From contig CAVTCR010000017.1 of the NCBI GenBank assembly GCA_963733195.1, forward strand, positions 1-64,000: a stretch of DNA of 64,000 nucleotides, read 5' to 3'. The notes under the pieces were generated by a model. That model did no database searches and was not told the DNA's origin. It saw nothing but the letters and a program-made list of their open reading frames with translations. Made by a program: the position numbers and the translations under genes. This document shows positions 10,484 through 21,173 of this stretch, piece after piece (position 1 is the stretch's first letter; each line of letters opens with the position of its first letter). The stretch is from an uncultured delta proteobacterium (GTDB lineage Bacteria > Desulfobacterota > Binatia > Bin18).

Positions 10484-10936
10484 TTATGCTTTCGGTCTCC
10501 GCCGGATCATCCGGTTCACCGTATATTGCAGGAGAACTTCCCCTTTTTGATTGATCACTTGTTGTTCAGAAGTGACAATGCCACGGTCAGGCTTTGAAGT
10601 TTCACGTTTTGCTAAGACTTTGACTTTAACGTGAACCGTATCTCCGCAGCGTAACGGTCCGGGGATCTTCATTTCCTCGACCCCAAGAAGCGCCATGCCA
10701 CCTTTCACTAATCCAGATTGAATCGTCATCCCTTCGGATAATGCAAAGGTAAAAGAGCCGGGGGCGATGCGGCTGCCAAACAGACTCTGGTTCTTTACAA
10801 ACTCCATATCGACGAACAATGGCTCGTGAAAACCAAAAAGGTTCACGAAAGTAACGATATCTGTTTCTGTGATGGTCCGCGCATGAGTTTTGTACTCCGC
10901 ACCGATCTCGAATTCTTCAAAAAACTCAACTGTCAT
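10484..10936 (-). CDS. MaoC-family dehydratase
   Basis: RTITETDIVTF, FGSRIAPG and KPDRGIV hotdog-fold motifs; RBS AAGGAG. Confidence 0.85.
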   Translation of the reverse strand: MTVEFFEEFEIGAEYKTHARTITETDIVTFVNLFGFHEPLFVDMEFVKNQSLFGSRIAPGSFTFALSEGMTIQSGLVKGGMALLGVEEMKIPGPLRCGDTVHVKVKVLAKRETSKPDRGIVTSEQQVINQKGEVLLQYTVNRMIRRRPKA

Positions 10937-11031
10937 GAGCACTCCTTCCGTGCGGGGCAGTGTTATGAGTTCTGCTGACGAAGTCAACAGGATGTTGACA
11001 AATCGCGGGCGCTCACGTTCATTTGTGCGCT

Positions 11032-12111
11032 ATGAAAAAACAAGTTGCTGTTGTTGGTGCGACGGGAATTGCGGGACAGCAATTTTTAGTTGCCCTGCAT
11101 AATCATCCGTGGTTTGAAGTAAAGGCTCTGGCTGCCTCCGAACGTTCGGCTGGTAAGAGTTACGCCGAAGCGATCCGTGATCCCAAAAGCGGTGCACGAC
11201 GGTGGTGGTGCCAGGAAGAACCGCCTCAGCAGGCACTGTCGCTGCCGGTACATGAAGCGTCATCACTGAATCTGAACGGTATCGACTTGGTGTTCTCAGC
11301 AGTTGAGTCGGAACCAGCGCGTGAGTTGGAACCGCTCTATGCCAAAACCACGCCTGTGGTAAGTACAGCGTCGGCATTCCGATACGAGCAAGACGTGCCG
11401 ATCTTCATTCCTGGCGTGAATCTCGATCACGTTCGTTTGATCGACGTGCAGAAAAAGAACCGGAGATGGAAAGGGTTCATTGCGACCCAGCCGAACTGTA
11501 CGACTATTGGCCTCGCTATTACGCTGAAACCGCTGTTTGACACCTTCGGTCTCAAGAAAATTATTATGACGTCGATGCAGGGCGTGTCAGGAGCTGGGCG
11601 TTCTCCAGGCGTTATCTCACTCGATATCCTCGATAACATCATTCCTTTCATCTCAGGCGAAGAGGAGAAGGTTGAGAAAGAGACACGTAAGATTCTCGGC
11701 GTTCTTGGAGAAGGAGCTATTCAACCAGCAGATTTTGTCGTCAGTGCCACCTGCACCCGAGCAGCGGTCTTAGAAGGACATACGGAAGCGGTGTTAGTCT
11801 CGATGGCAAATCCATGCTCAGTTGAAGACGCACGTGCAGCAATGATTGCCTTCGGTAAGGAGTTCATCAGCCTTGGGCTCCCCTCAGCACCGCAGCATAT
11901 GATTATTCTGCACGACGATCCGTTCCGACCACAGCCGCGTCTGGATCGTGATGCTGAAGACGGCATGGCAACGTCAGTCGGTCGCTTGCGTAAGGATCAG
12001 GCGTTAGAGAACGCGGTCAAATATATGCTGGTCAGTCACAACACCAAGATGGGGGCAGCAAAGGGAGCGGTATTGATGGCGGAGTATTTGTTTCAGAAGG
12101 GGTATATCTAA
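11032..12111 (+). CDS. asd: Aspartate-semialdehyde dehydrogenase (archaeal-type clade)
   Basis: GATGIAG, PNCTT, MQGVSGAG and HNTKMGAA motifs. Confidence 0.9.
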   Translation: MKKQVAVVGATGIAGQQFLVALHNHPWFEVKALAASERSAGKSYAEAIRDPKSGARRWWCQEEPPQQALSLPVHEASSLNLNGIDLVFSAVESEPARELEPLYAKTTPVVSTASAFRYEQDVPIFIPGVNLDHVRLIDVQKKNRRWKGFIATQPNCTTIGLAITLKPLFDTFGLKKIIMTSMQGVSGAGRSPGVISLDILDNIIPFISGEEEKVEKETRKILGVLGEGAIQPADFVVSATCTRAAVLEGHTEAVLVSMANPCSVEDARAAMIAFGKEFISLGLPSAPQHMIILHDDPFRPQPRLDRDAEDGMATSVGRLRKDQALENAVKYMLVSHNTKMGAAKGAVLMAEYLFQKGYI

Positions 12112-12114
12112 AGC

Positions 12115-12150
12115 AAGAGGGACGTAGCTTATAGGCTACGCCCCTCTTTT
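12115..12150. terminator. Intrinsic terminator between convergent asd and atpE
   Basis: AAGAGGGACGTAGC-loop-GCTACGCCCCTCTTTT hairpin. Confidence 0.7.
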
Positions 12151-12171
12151 CCACGACCGCTAACGTGATCG

Positions 12172-12489
12172 TTATATTTTTCCTTGTAACAAGAAAGTGA
12201 TCAACAGCGCATAAATGGCGAGCGATTCGATGAGTGCCAGACCGATGATCATCGGTTGAAACAGACGATCGGCAGAGTTGGGGTTACGACCGATCGACTC
12301 CATCGCTGAAGCCACTGTCTTCCCTTGGCCGATACCAGCTCCAGCAGCGGCAATGCCCATGCCCAAACCAGCGCCTAAGCCAATCAGCCCTCTTCCGCTG
12401 CCATCGCTCCCATCTTGAGCGAATGCACTGCCGGCAGCCGCCAGCAACATCACGAACATAAAGGCACCAACCAACCCAAACTTCTTCAT
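12172..12489 (-). CDS. atpE: ATP synthase F0 subunit c
   Basis: GxGxGxG helix, GRNP loop, LIESLAIY. RBS AAGGAG before ATG 12489. Confidence 0.95.
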   Translation of the reverse strand: MKKFGLVGAFMFVMLLAAAGSAFAQDGSDGSGRGLIGLGAGLGMGIAAAGAGIGQGKTVASAMESIGRNPNSADRLFQPMIIGLALIESLAIYALLITFLLQGKI

Positions 12490-12602
12490 ACGGACTCCTT
12501 TCATACTTTCCTCCTGACGAAGTGTTGTGGGCACGCCACTCCTCTTATCCTCTTCCACTCCTCGCCCCTTCGTCTCTCAGAAAGTGGTTAATGTGGCAAT
12601 TT

Positions 12603-13302
12603 TTAGTGGTGATCTCCGTGGCCAATAACGTTGGCGACGTAGACCATGCTGAGCAAAGTAAACACAAACGCCTGCAAGAACGCAGACGAATGCTCCCAGC
12701 AGATAGAAGATTACCGGGATCACCAGTTTTGTCAGACTGGTGAAGATTTCAATCGTCATATGGTCCCCGGTCATATTGCCAAAAAGTCGCAAGCCAAGAG
12801 AAAGAGGACGGACAGCGTTACTGATAATTTCCAGTGGAATCATCAGTGGTGCAAGTATGAGCAATGGGCCGGCAAAATGTTTGAGATATCCGAGTCCCTG
12901 CTCTTTGAAGGCGAAAAAGTTATAAGCGATAAACGAGATCAGCCCTAAAGCAAACGTGACATTAAAATTGGCGGTGGGCGGTGCAAATCCAGGCACAAGG
13001 CCAATCAGGTTGGCAAACAGGATAAAGACAAAGAACGAACCATACAGATGGATGTATTTTCGCCAGTGGTGGCCGATCGTGCTTTCGGCCATCCCAGAAA
13101 TTCCTTCAACAAGTAGCTCTGCTACGTTGCGTAGGCTCAGGGAATCATCTGGTATTGCAGGGTCTGCGGCGGCGTTGAGTTGTCGGCGCGCTAGAAGGGT
13201 AAAGATGACCACTATAGCAGCAACGATCAGTGAAGTCGCAACGTGATCAGGTAAAGTGTTAAAGCCGGGAATAGCAGAAACCCAAGTAAAGGGATGCTCC
13301 AT
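12603..13302 (-). CDS. atpB: ATP synthase F0 subunit a, with a 1-nt insertion near 12677
   Basis: PTANFN and RPLSLGLRLFGNM motifs. Removing one base restores LQAFVFTLLSMVY..HGDHH-stop at 12603. Confidence 0.95.
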
Positions 13303-13338
13303 GAATGTACCGTTATGAAATCTTCGGAATGAGAATAG

Positions 13339-13725
13339 TTATTTTTCTGAAACTGCCACTCGGGAACCGTTCCACGAGTCGAACAGGCTGACTATCATGC
13401 AGGTCAGAACCAGTAAAGAGACCCCGGCCATAAAGCTCAATGGTTCTATTGGGTAGCGGATAAACATGGCACTCAGCAAGAGGAGAAAAATTAATCCTTT
13501 AGAGATAATCAAGAAAACTGCGCTTCTTCTTCCTGGCTGATTTCCTTCAGAACGGAAGAGGAGAAGGGCAACGATTTTCTTGAGCAGCCAGAAGTTGATC
13601 TGCATGATCAGACCACCAGTGAGGAAGCTGGGAACGTGACCGAGGTTCATCCCCCACCCGACAAGAGTGCCAACCCCAAGAAGGACAAGGTTGAGTCGCT
13701 CAATCTTCTCTACGGTTCTGTTCAC
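13339..13725 (-). CDS. atpI: ATP synthase subunit I
   Basis: Four-TM protein directly upstream of atpB. Confidence 0.75.
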   Translation of the reverse strand: MNRTVEKIERLNLVLLGVGTLVGWGMNLGHVPSFLTGGLIMQINFWLLKKIVALLLFRSEGNQPGRRSAVFLIISKGLIFLLLLSAMFIRYPIEPLSFMAGVSLLVLTCMIVSLFDSWNGSRVAVSEK

Positions 13726-13936
13726 GGCGATCAGAAATTTCTTTGAGGACAGTTACGAGACGATAAAAGCCACTAGCTAGACCGAGTATCGCGCCAAGAA
13801 ATACTCCCCACGGCCCTGTACCAAAATGTGAGTCAATGTAACTCCCGCCAACAATTCCAACGATAGCAGCAACGGCAAACTCCAGCCCAATCGCGCTGTA
13901 TTTTGCATACGTAGTGAGTGGATTCTCTTTTGCCAT
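13700..13936 (-). CDS. AtpZ/AtpI-family protein
   Basis: GGSYIDSHFGTGPWG two-TM pattern; first gene of the F0 cluster. Confidence 0.85.
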   Translation of the reverse strand: MAKENPLTTYAKYSAIGLEFAVAAIVGIVGGSYIDSHFGTGPWGVFLGAILGLASGFYRLVTVLKEISDRREQNRRED

Positions 13937-13957
13937 CGCTCCTCTTGTGGATACGGA

Positions 13958-15238
13958 CTAGTGCATACCGTGGAGTACATCTTTAGCAGCAGCGACAGTC
14001 TCCTGCACCTCTGCTTCACTATGCGCCAGGGAGATAAATGCAGTTTCAAACTGCGAAGGAGGAAGATACACCCCACGTTCGATCATGCCTTGAAAGTAAC
14101 GCGCAAATGCTTTGCTATCACTTTGGGTGGCAGTCGTACTGTCACGCACATGACTCACGCCAAAGAATAGCGTGAACATCGAGCCAATTTGGTTCACGCA
14201 AGCAGTGGTCCCAGTATCTACTATTGCTTGCCGCAATCCTTCTGCCATCATCGTCCCAAGTTCATTCAATCGATCGTACGTTCCAGGGTTACTGATAATT
14301 TTGAGGGTCTCAATCCCAGCCGTCACTGCTAGCGGGTTTCCAGAAAGCGTTCCGGCTTGGTATACCGGCCCAACCGGAGCGAGCAAATCCATAATTTCGC
14401 GTTTCCCCCCAACTGCTGCCAAGGGCATTCCACCACCGACGATTTTTCCTAAACAGGTCAGGTCTGGGGTTATGCCATAGAGTTCTTGCGCTCCTCCTCG
14501 TCCAACACGGAAACCAGTGATGACTTCATCAAATATCAGCAGTGCGCCATAGTGCTGGGTCAGTTTCCATAATCCAGCCAGAAAATCAGGATCAGGAAGA
14601 ACCAGCCCCATGTTCCCAGCGATAGGCTCGACAATAATGGCCGCAATTCCCGTTGGATCGGCTTCGAGGTAAGCAGTCACACTTGCCAGGTTGTTATACG
14701 TGGCAACCAACGTTTGGCTGGCAAAAGCCTCGGGCACTCCGTCGCTATCAGGCAAGCCGAATGTAAGCGCCCCAGACCCAGCTCGGACTAGTAGCGCATC
14801 AGTATGACCATGATAGCAGCCGTCGAATTTTACAATCTTCGTTCGCTTCGTGTATCCACGCGCAAGACGAAGAGCGGTCATCGTTGCTTCAGTGCCAGAA
14901 GAGGTAAGACGAACTTTCTCGATCGACGGCACAGCCCCAATGATCATCTTCGCAAGTTCAATTTCTCGTGCCGTCGGCGCACCAAAGCTTGTTCCTCGCT
15001 TAAGGCTCTCCTCAAGTGCCTTCACAATTTGTGGGTGTGCATGTCCAGCGATCAATGGCCCCCAAGAGCCAACATAATCAACATATTCTTTGCCATCAGC
15101 ATCGACGACTCGACAGCCGCGGCCGCGCTGAATGAAGAGTGGATTTCCACCAACAGCGCGCCAGGCGCGCACGGGACTGTTCACACCACCTGGGATGTAT
15201 TGTTGCGCTTCGAGAAAAAGCTTATGGGACGTAGACAT
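13958..15238 (-). CDS. hemL: Glutamate-1-semialdehyde 2,1-aminomutase
   Basis: PGGVNSPVRA, SGTEAT, FDEVITGFR and GKIVGGG motifs. Confidence 0.97.
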   Translation of the reverse strand: MSTSHKLFLEAQQYIPGGVNSPVRAWRAVGGNPLFIQRGRGCRVVDADGKEYVDYVGSWGPLIAGHAHPQIVKALEESLKRGTSFGAPTAREIELAKMIIGAVPSIEKVRLTSSGTEATMTALRLARGYTKRTKIVKFDGCYHGHTDALLVRAGSGALTFGLPDSDGVPEAFASQTLVATYNNLASVTAYLEADPTGIAAIIVEPIAGNMGLVLPDPDFLAGLWKLTQHYGALLIFDEVITGFRVGRGGAQELYGITPDLTCLGKIVGGGMPLAAVGGKREIMDLLAPVGPVYQAGTLSGNPLAVTAGIETLKIISNPGTYDRLNELGTMMAEGLRQAIVDTGTTACVNQIGSMFTLFFGVSHVRDSTTATQSDSKAFARYFQGMIERGVYLPPSQFETAFISLAHSEAEVQETVAAAKDVLHGMH

Positions 15239-15589
15239 AGAGAGTGCTCATTGCAGATGAAAATTTTCCCTCAGCTAACACCCTAACTCTAGTGAGTCAA
15301 GGCAAAGAAAAAATCTCTGCGAAGACACACACTTCCATCACCCCTAAATTTTTTGCTTGCATTCAAAAAAAAAAACGTTTAAGCCTTCGCATACTCGTTT
15401 CGTCTATTTTACTTTTTTCCAGTACATGTAGGTGAAGGAAAGTAGTGAAGTCCTTTCCCCTCCCTCCCAAGGCCGCTGGTAAATCATCAGGGTGATCCTG
15501 GGACGGAGAAAAAGAAGGTGGGGGAGAGGTGTGTGGAAAACTCCGTGGTGGAGGGGGGAAAACTTCCTATGGCAACGCAAGTTGGAGAG

Positions 15590-15609
15590 TTATTCACAGG
15601 TGTGAATAA
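15590..15609. promoter_or_regulatory. Inverted pair of DnaA boxes upstream of dnaA (probable autoregulation)
   Basis: TTATTCACA-GG-TGTGAATAA, the same variant as in oriC. A further TGTGGAAAA at 15532-15540. Confidence 0.8.
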
Positions 15610-15640
15610 CTTCCTCACCAAGGTCATTGGGGAGGGTGGT

Positions 15641-16996
15641 GTGCAGCGGGTGTGGGAACAGGTGCTGAGTGAGGTGGCAGGAAAGGTCGGACCAGTTCAG
15701 ACCGAAACCTGGCTTAAACCAATACGACCTCTCATGTTGCGAGAGGACATTCTGCACCTGGAAGTGCCGAACACACTCTTTCGCGATTGGTTACTTGAAA
15801 ATATTGTGCCGACACTCCAAGAGTCCCTCGTGAATATCTTGGGTCATGTTGTTCACATTACGTTTCATGTCGCCAGCAAAAAACAGGGAGAACTTTTCCC
15901 GTCTGTTACTGAGGAAAAAGGAGAAGGAAAAGCGGATGCACCTCGGAGCACGACGAAAAAGAATGGGCTCGTTCTCAACTACACCTTCTCGACGTTCATT
16001 GTCGGTGGTGGAAATCAATTTGCTCACGCGGCTGCGCGTGCCGTCGCCGAAGGTCCGGGGAAAAATTACAACCCGCTCTTCATTTATGGTGGCGTTGGGT
16101 TAGGCAAAACCCATTTGATTAATGCTATTGGTCACGAAGCCATTGTGAAGCAAGGATGTAAAAGTGTTTTCTACCTGTCTTCAGAATCATTTACCAACGA
16201 ATTGATCTCCCATTTGCGACGCGATCGCATGGATGAGTTCAAGAGTAAGTTTCGTCAAGCTGACGTACTGATTCTCGATGATGTCCAATTTCTCTCAGGA
16301 CGAGAACGCACGCAAGAGGAGTTTTTTCATACATTCAATACCTTGCATCAATCTCATAAACAGATCATTCTCACCTCAGATAAGTTTCCTAATGAAATTG
16401 GCGGACTTGAAGAGCGCTTGCGCAACCGATTCGAGAGTGGGCTCATCGCTGACATCCAGCCGCCAGATCTTGAAACCCGTGTCGCAATCCTCCAGAAAAA
16501 AGCGCAGTTGAAAAGAATTCCCTTGCCACAGGAAGTTGCCATTTTTATCGCTACTCATGTCACTGCCAATGTGCGTGAACTTGAGGGAGGGCTGACTAAG
16601 CTGGGAGCATTCTCCTCTCTGACACAGAATCCGATCACTGTCGACCTCGCACACCAGGTTCTGCAAAACCTGATGAAGGGTGGAAAAGAAAAAGAGAAGG
16701 AAATTTCCATCGAAATGGTTCAGAAGTCGGTCTGTAAGTATTTTGGCATTCGTGTAGCTGACCTGACCTCCAAAAAGCGGACGCAGTTCGTCGCCTTCCC
16801 GCGGCAGGTGGCTATGTTCCTGTGTCGAAAACTTGCTGGAGCGTCTTATCCAATGATCGGCGTACGCTTTGGTGGCAAAGATCACACAACTGCGTTGTAT
16901 GCCTGCGCGGCGATCGAGAAGCGGCTCAAAGAGGAAGAAGAGCTACGAACAGTTCTCGCTCGGATCGAACACCTCGTGTATGGGGGCGAAGAGTGA
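15641..16996 (+). CDS. dnaA: Chromosomal replication initiator DnaA
   Basis: YNPLFIYGGVGLGKTHL, LDDVQF, NVRELEG and GGKDHTT motifs. Probable GTG start at 15641 after GGAGGG. Confidence 0.98.
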   Translation: MQRVWEQVLSEVAGKVGPVQTETWLKPIRPLMLREDILHLEVPNTLFRDWLLENIVPTLQESLVNILGHVVHITFHVASKKQGELFPSVTEEKGEGKADAPRSTTKKNGLVLNYTFSTFIVGGGNQFAHAAARAVAEGPGKNYNPLFIYGGVGLGKTHLINAIGHEAIVKQGCKSVFYLSSESFTNELISHLRRDRMDEFKSKFRQADVLILDDVQFLSGRERTQEEFFHTFNTLHQSHKQIILTSDKFPNEIGGLEERLRNRFESGLIADIQPPDLETRVAILQKKAQLKRIPLPQEVAIFIATHVTANVRELEGGLTKLGAFSSLTQNPITVDLAHQVLQNLMKGGKEKEKEISIEMVQKSVCKYFGIRVADLTSKKRTQFVAFPRQVAMFLCRKLAGASYPMIGVRFGGKDHTTALYACAAIEKRLKEEEELRTVLARIEHLVYGGEE

Positions 16997-16999
16997 TTT

Positions 17000-17345
17000 G
17001 CAGGGGTGTGAATAACCCTGTGAATAACCTGTGAATAAGTATGTGAATAACCTGTGAATAACCCTGTGAATAAGTATGTGAATAACCTGTGAATAACCCT
17101 GTGAATAAGCTGTGAATAACCTGTGAATAACCTGTGAATAACTTTTCCCCCTGTGAATAACTTTGCAGAGTTATTCACAGGTACCTGTGAATAACTTTTC
17201 TTTATATATTAAATACATAAGTGACTTATCCACATATTCACACCCCCTACTACTACTATTAAATAAAAATATAGAAGAATAGAAGTAAGAGGGGGAGAGA
17301 AAAATAAAGCTGTGAATGAAAGAGGAGGAACTGTGGAAAAGTAGC
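17000..17345. promoter_or_regulatory. oriC: Replication origin oriC
   Basis: dnaA-dnaN intergenic region with 15 TTATTCACA-type boxes, perfect TTATCCACA at 17226-17234, CCCCC, then CTA/TAC trio repeats and an AT-rich tract. Gene orientation flips around this locus. Confidence 0.93.
17007..17141. repeat. Tandem array of 12 TGTGAATAA boxes with 2-3 nt spacers
   Basis: Boxes start at 17007, 17019, 17030, 17042, 17053, 17065, 17077, 17088, 17100, 17111, 17122 and 17133. Confidence 0.95.
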
Positions 17346-17414
17346 AGAGAAGAGGCAAGGGGAAAGTCAGAATGATGAAAGACAGAAGGGCACTAAAATA
17401 AGTAGGAGATCGAC

Positions 17415-18563
17415 ATGGAAAGCACTTTAGAGAAAGAAGATTTGCTTCGTTGTTTATATCTCGTGCAAGGGGTCGTAGAAAAACGCTCCACTTTGCCAAT
17501 CCTTTCCCACGTTCTCATCGAGTCAGGAGAAGGAGAACTCTCTCTTGGAGCGACTGACCTTGAAGTCGGCATCCGACAACGTTGCAAAGCCACTGTGAAG
17601 AAGTCTGGCTCAGTAACAACGGATGCGAGAAAGCTCTACGAAATTATTCGTGAGCTTCCACCAAGTCTTATTTCTCTTCGCTCAACCGGTAACGGCTGGG
17701 TTGAGGTGAGCAGCGGCAGGTCACGATTTCGCATGGCAAGCCTCGATCCAAAAGAATTTCCGGCTATTAGTCCATCGTCAGCAGGGTCACAAGGAGAAGA
17801 GAAGAAGATCGCCGTCTCTCTCCCAAGTCAGACCATGCGAGAAATGATCGAGAAGACGCTTTTCGCGGCCTCTCCCGATGAGTCAAGGCCAAACCTCAGC
17901 GGAGTCTACATCGAGCCTTGTACGGCAGGAAAAACGCAAAAAACGGGGAAGCTACGCATGGTCGCTAGTGATGGCCACCGACTTTCGCTGATTGAGCGAG
18001 ACACAGTCACCCCACCTTCCTCATGGCCAAGCACAATTCTCCCCCGCAAAGGGTTAGTGGAAGCTCGCAAACTTCTCGAAAAAGGAGAAGAGAACGTCGA
18101 GTTCACTATCCAAGGCTCTACCGCGGCTCTCACCAGAGAGACGACTGAGCTCTCGATGCGGTTGGTAGAAGGCGAATTCCCTGACTATCAACAAGTGATC
18201 CCCAAAGAAAAAAACCATGCGATCTCGTTTTCGCGCGAAGATTTGCTTGGCGCACTTCGTCGTTTACTCGTGCTTACAACCGAACGCTCTCGCGGTGTGA
18301 AGCTCCAAATTGAGAAAGAAAAAATGGAAGTCTCGGTGAATACACCTGACCTTGGCGAAGGAGTCGAAGAGATCGCTATCGAACATGGAGGAGAAAATCT
18401 CATCATTGGTTTTAATGGCCGCTACCTGACTGAGATGCTTAACGTGATAGATGAGGAGCAAAAAATGACCTTGTATCTCAAAGATGAGGCTAGCCCGGGT
18501 CTCATAAAAGCGGAGAAGGATGAAGACTTTTTCTATGTGGTTATGCCTATGAGGATTTTTTAA
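17415..18563 (+). CDS. dnaN: DNA polymerase III beta clamp
   Basis: ATDLE, ASDGHRL, GEFPDY and C-terminal VVMPMR. Confidence 0.98.
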   Translation: MESTLEKEDLLRCLYLVQGVVEKRSTLPILSHVLIESGEGELSLGATDLEVGIRQRCKATVKKSGSVTTDARKLYEIIRELPPSLISLRSTGNGWVEVSSGRSRFRMASLDPKEFPAISPSSAGSQGEEKKIAVSLPSQTMREMIEKTLFAASPDESRPNLSGVYIEPCTAGKTQKTGKLRMVASDGHRLSLIERDTVTPPSSWPSTILPRKGLVEARKLLEKGEENVEFTIQGSTAALTRETTELSMRLVEGEFPDYQQVIPKEKNHAISFSREDLLGALRRLLVLTTERSRGVKLQIEKEKMEVSVNTPDLGEGVEEIAIEHGGENLIIGFNGRYLTEMLNVIDEEQKMTLYLKDEASPGLIKAEKDEDFFYVVMPMRIF

Positions 18564-18663
18564 TTTTGAGAAATTGTTTTAAAATAATGTTATTCTTGAA
18601 ATCCTGTTTACTTAAGAGGTCGCAAATGATAGTCTCTCTTGACGCATCACGAAAAGAAAATAA

Positions 18664-21093
<2,430 letters not shown>

Positions 21094-21109
21094 GGCAAAA
21101 TACACAAAC

Positions 21110-21168
21110 CGTGAAACGTAAAGCGTGATTTAGAGGTCCAGAATCTTTTTTACGTTTTACGCTTCACG
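21110..21168. repeat. Intergenic hairpin with heptamer-repeat arms
   Basis: CGTGAAACGTAAAGCGTGA ... TTACGTTTTACGCTTCACG. Related element at 46194-46252. Confidence 0.6.
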
Positions 21169-21173
21169 CTTTA

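Noticed and set aside
12577-13302. atpB as a pseudogene or programmed frameshift
   Set aside because: It is an essential gene with a single extra base and no slippery run, so a sequencing error is more plausible.
15518-15640. N-terminal extension of DnaA
   Set aside because: The region contains DnaA boxes, and a better RBS and GTG at 15641 give a typical domain I start.
17007-17141. Repeat array as CRISPR or plasmid iterons
   Set aside because: Units are 9 bp with 2-3-nt spacers, there are no cas or rep genes, and sequence and position match DnaA boxes at oriC.
16882-17178. Repetitive 98-aa minus-strand ORF
   Set aside because: It is merely the translation of the DnaA-box array.
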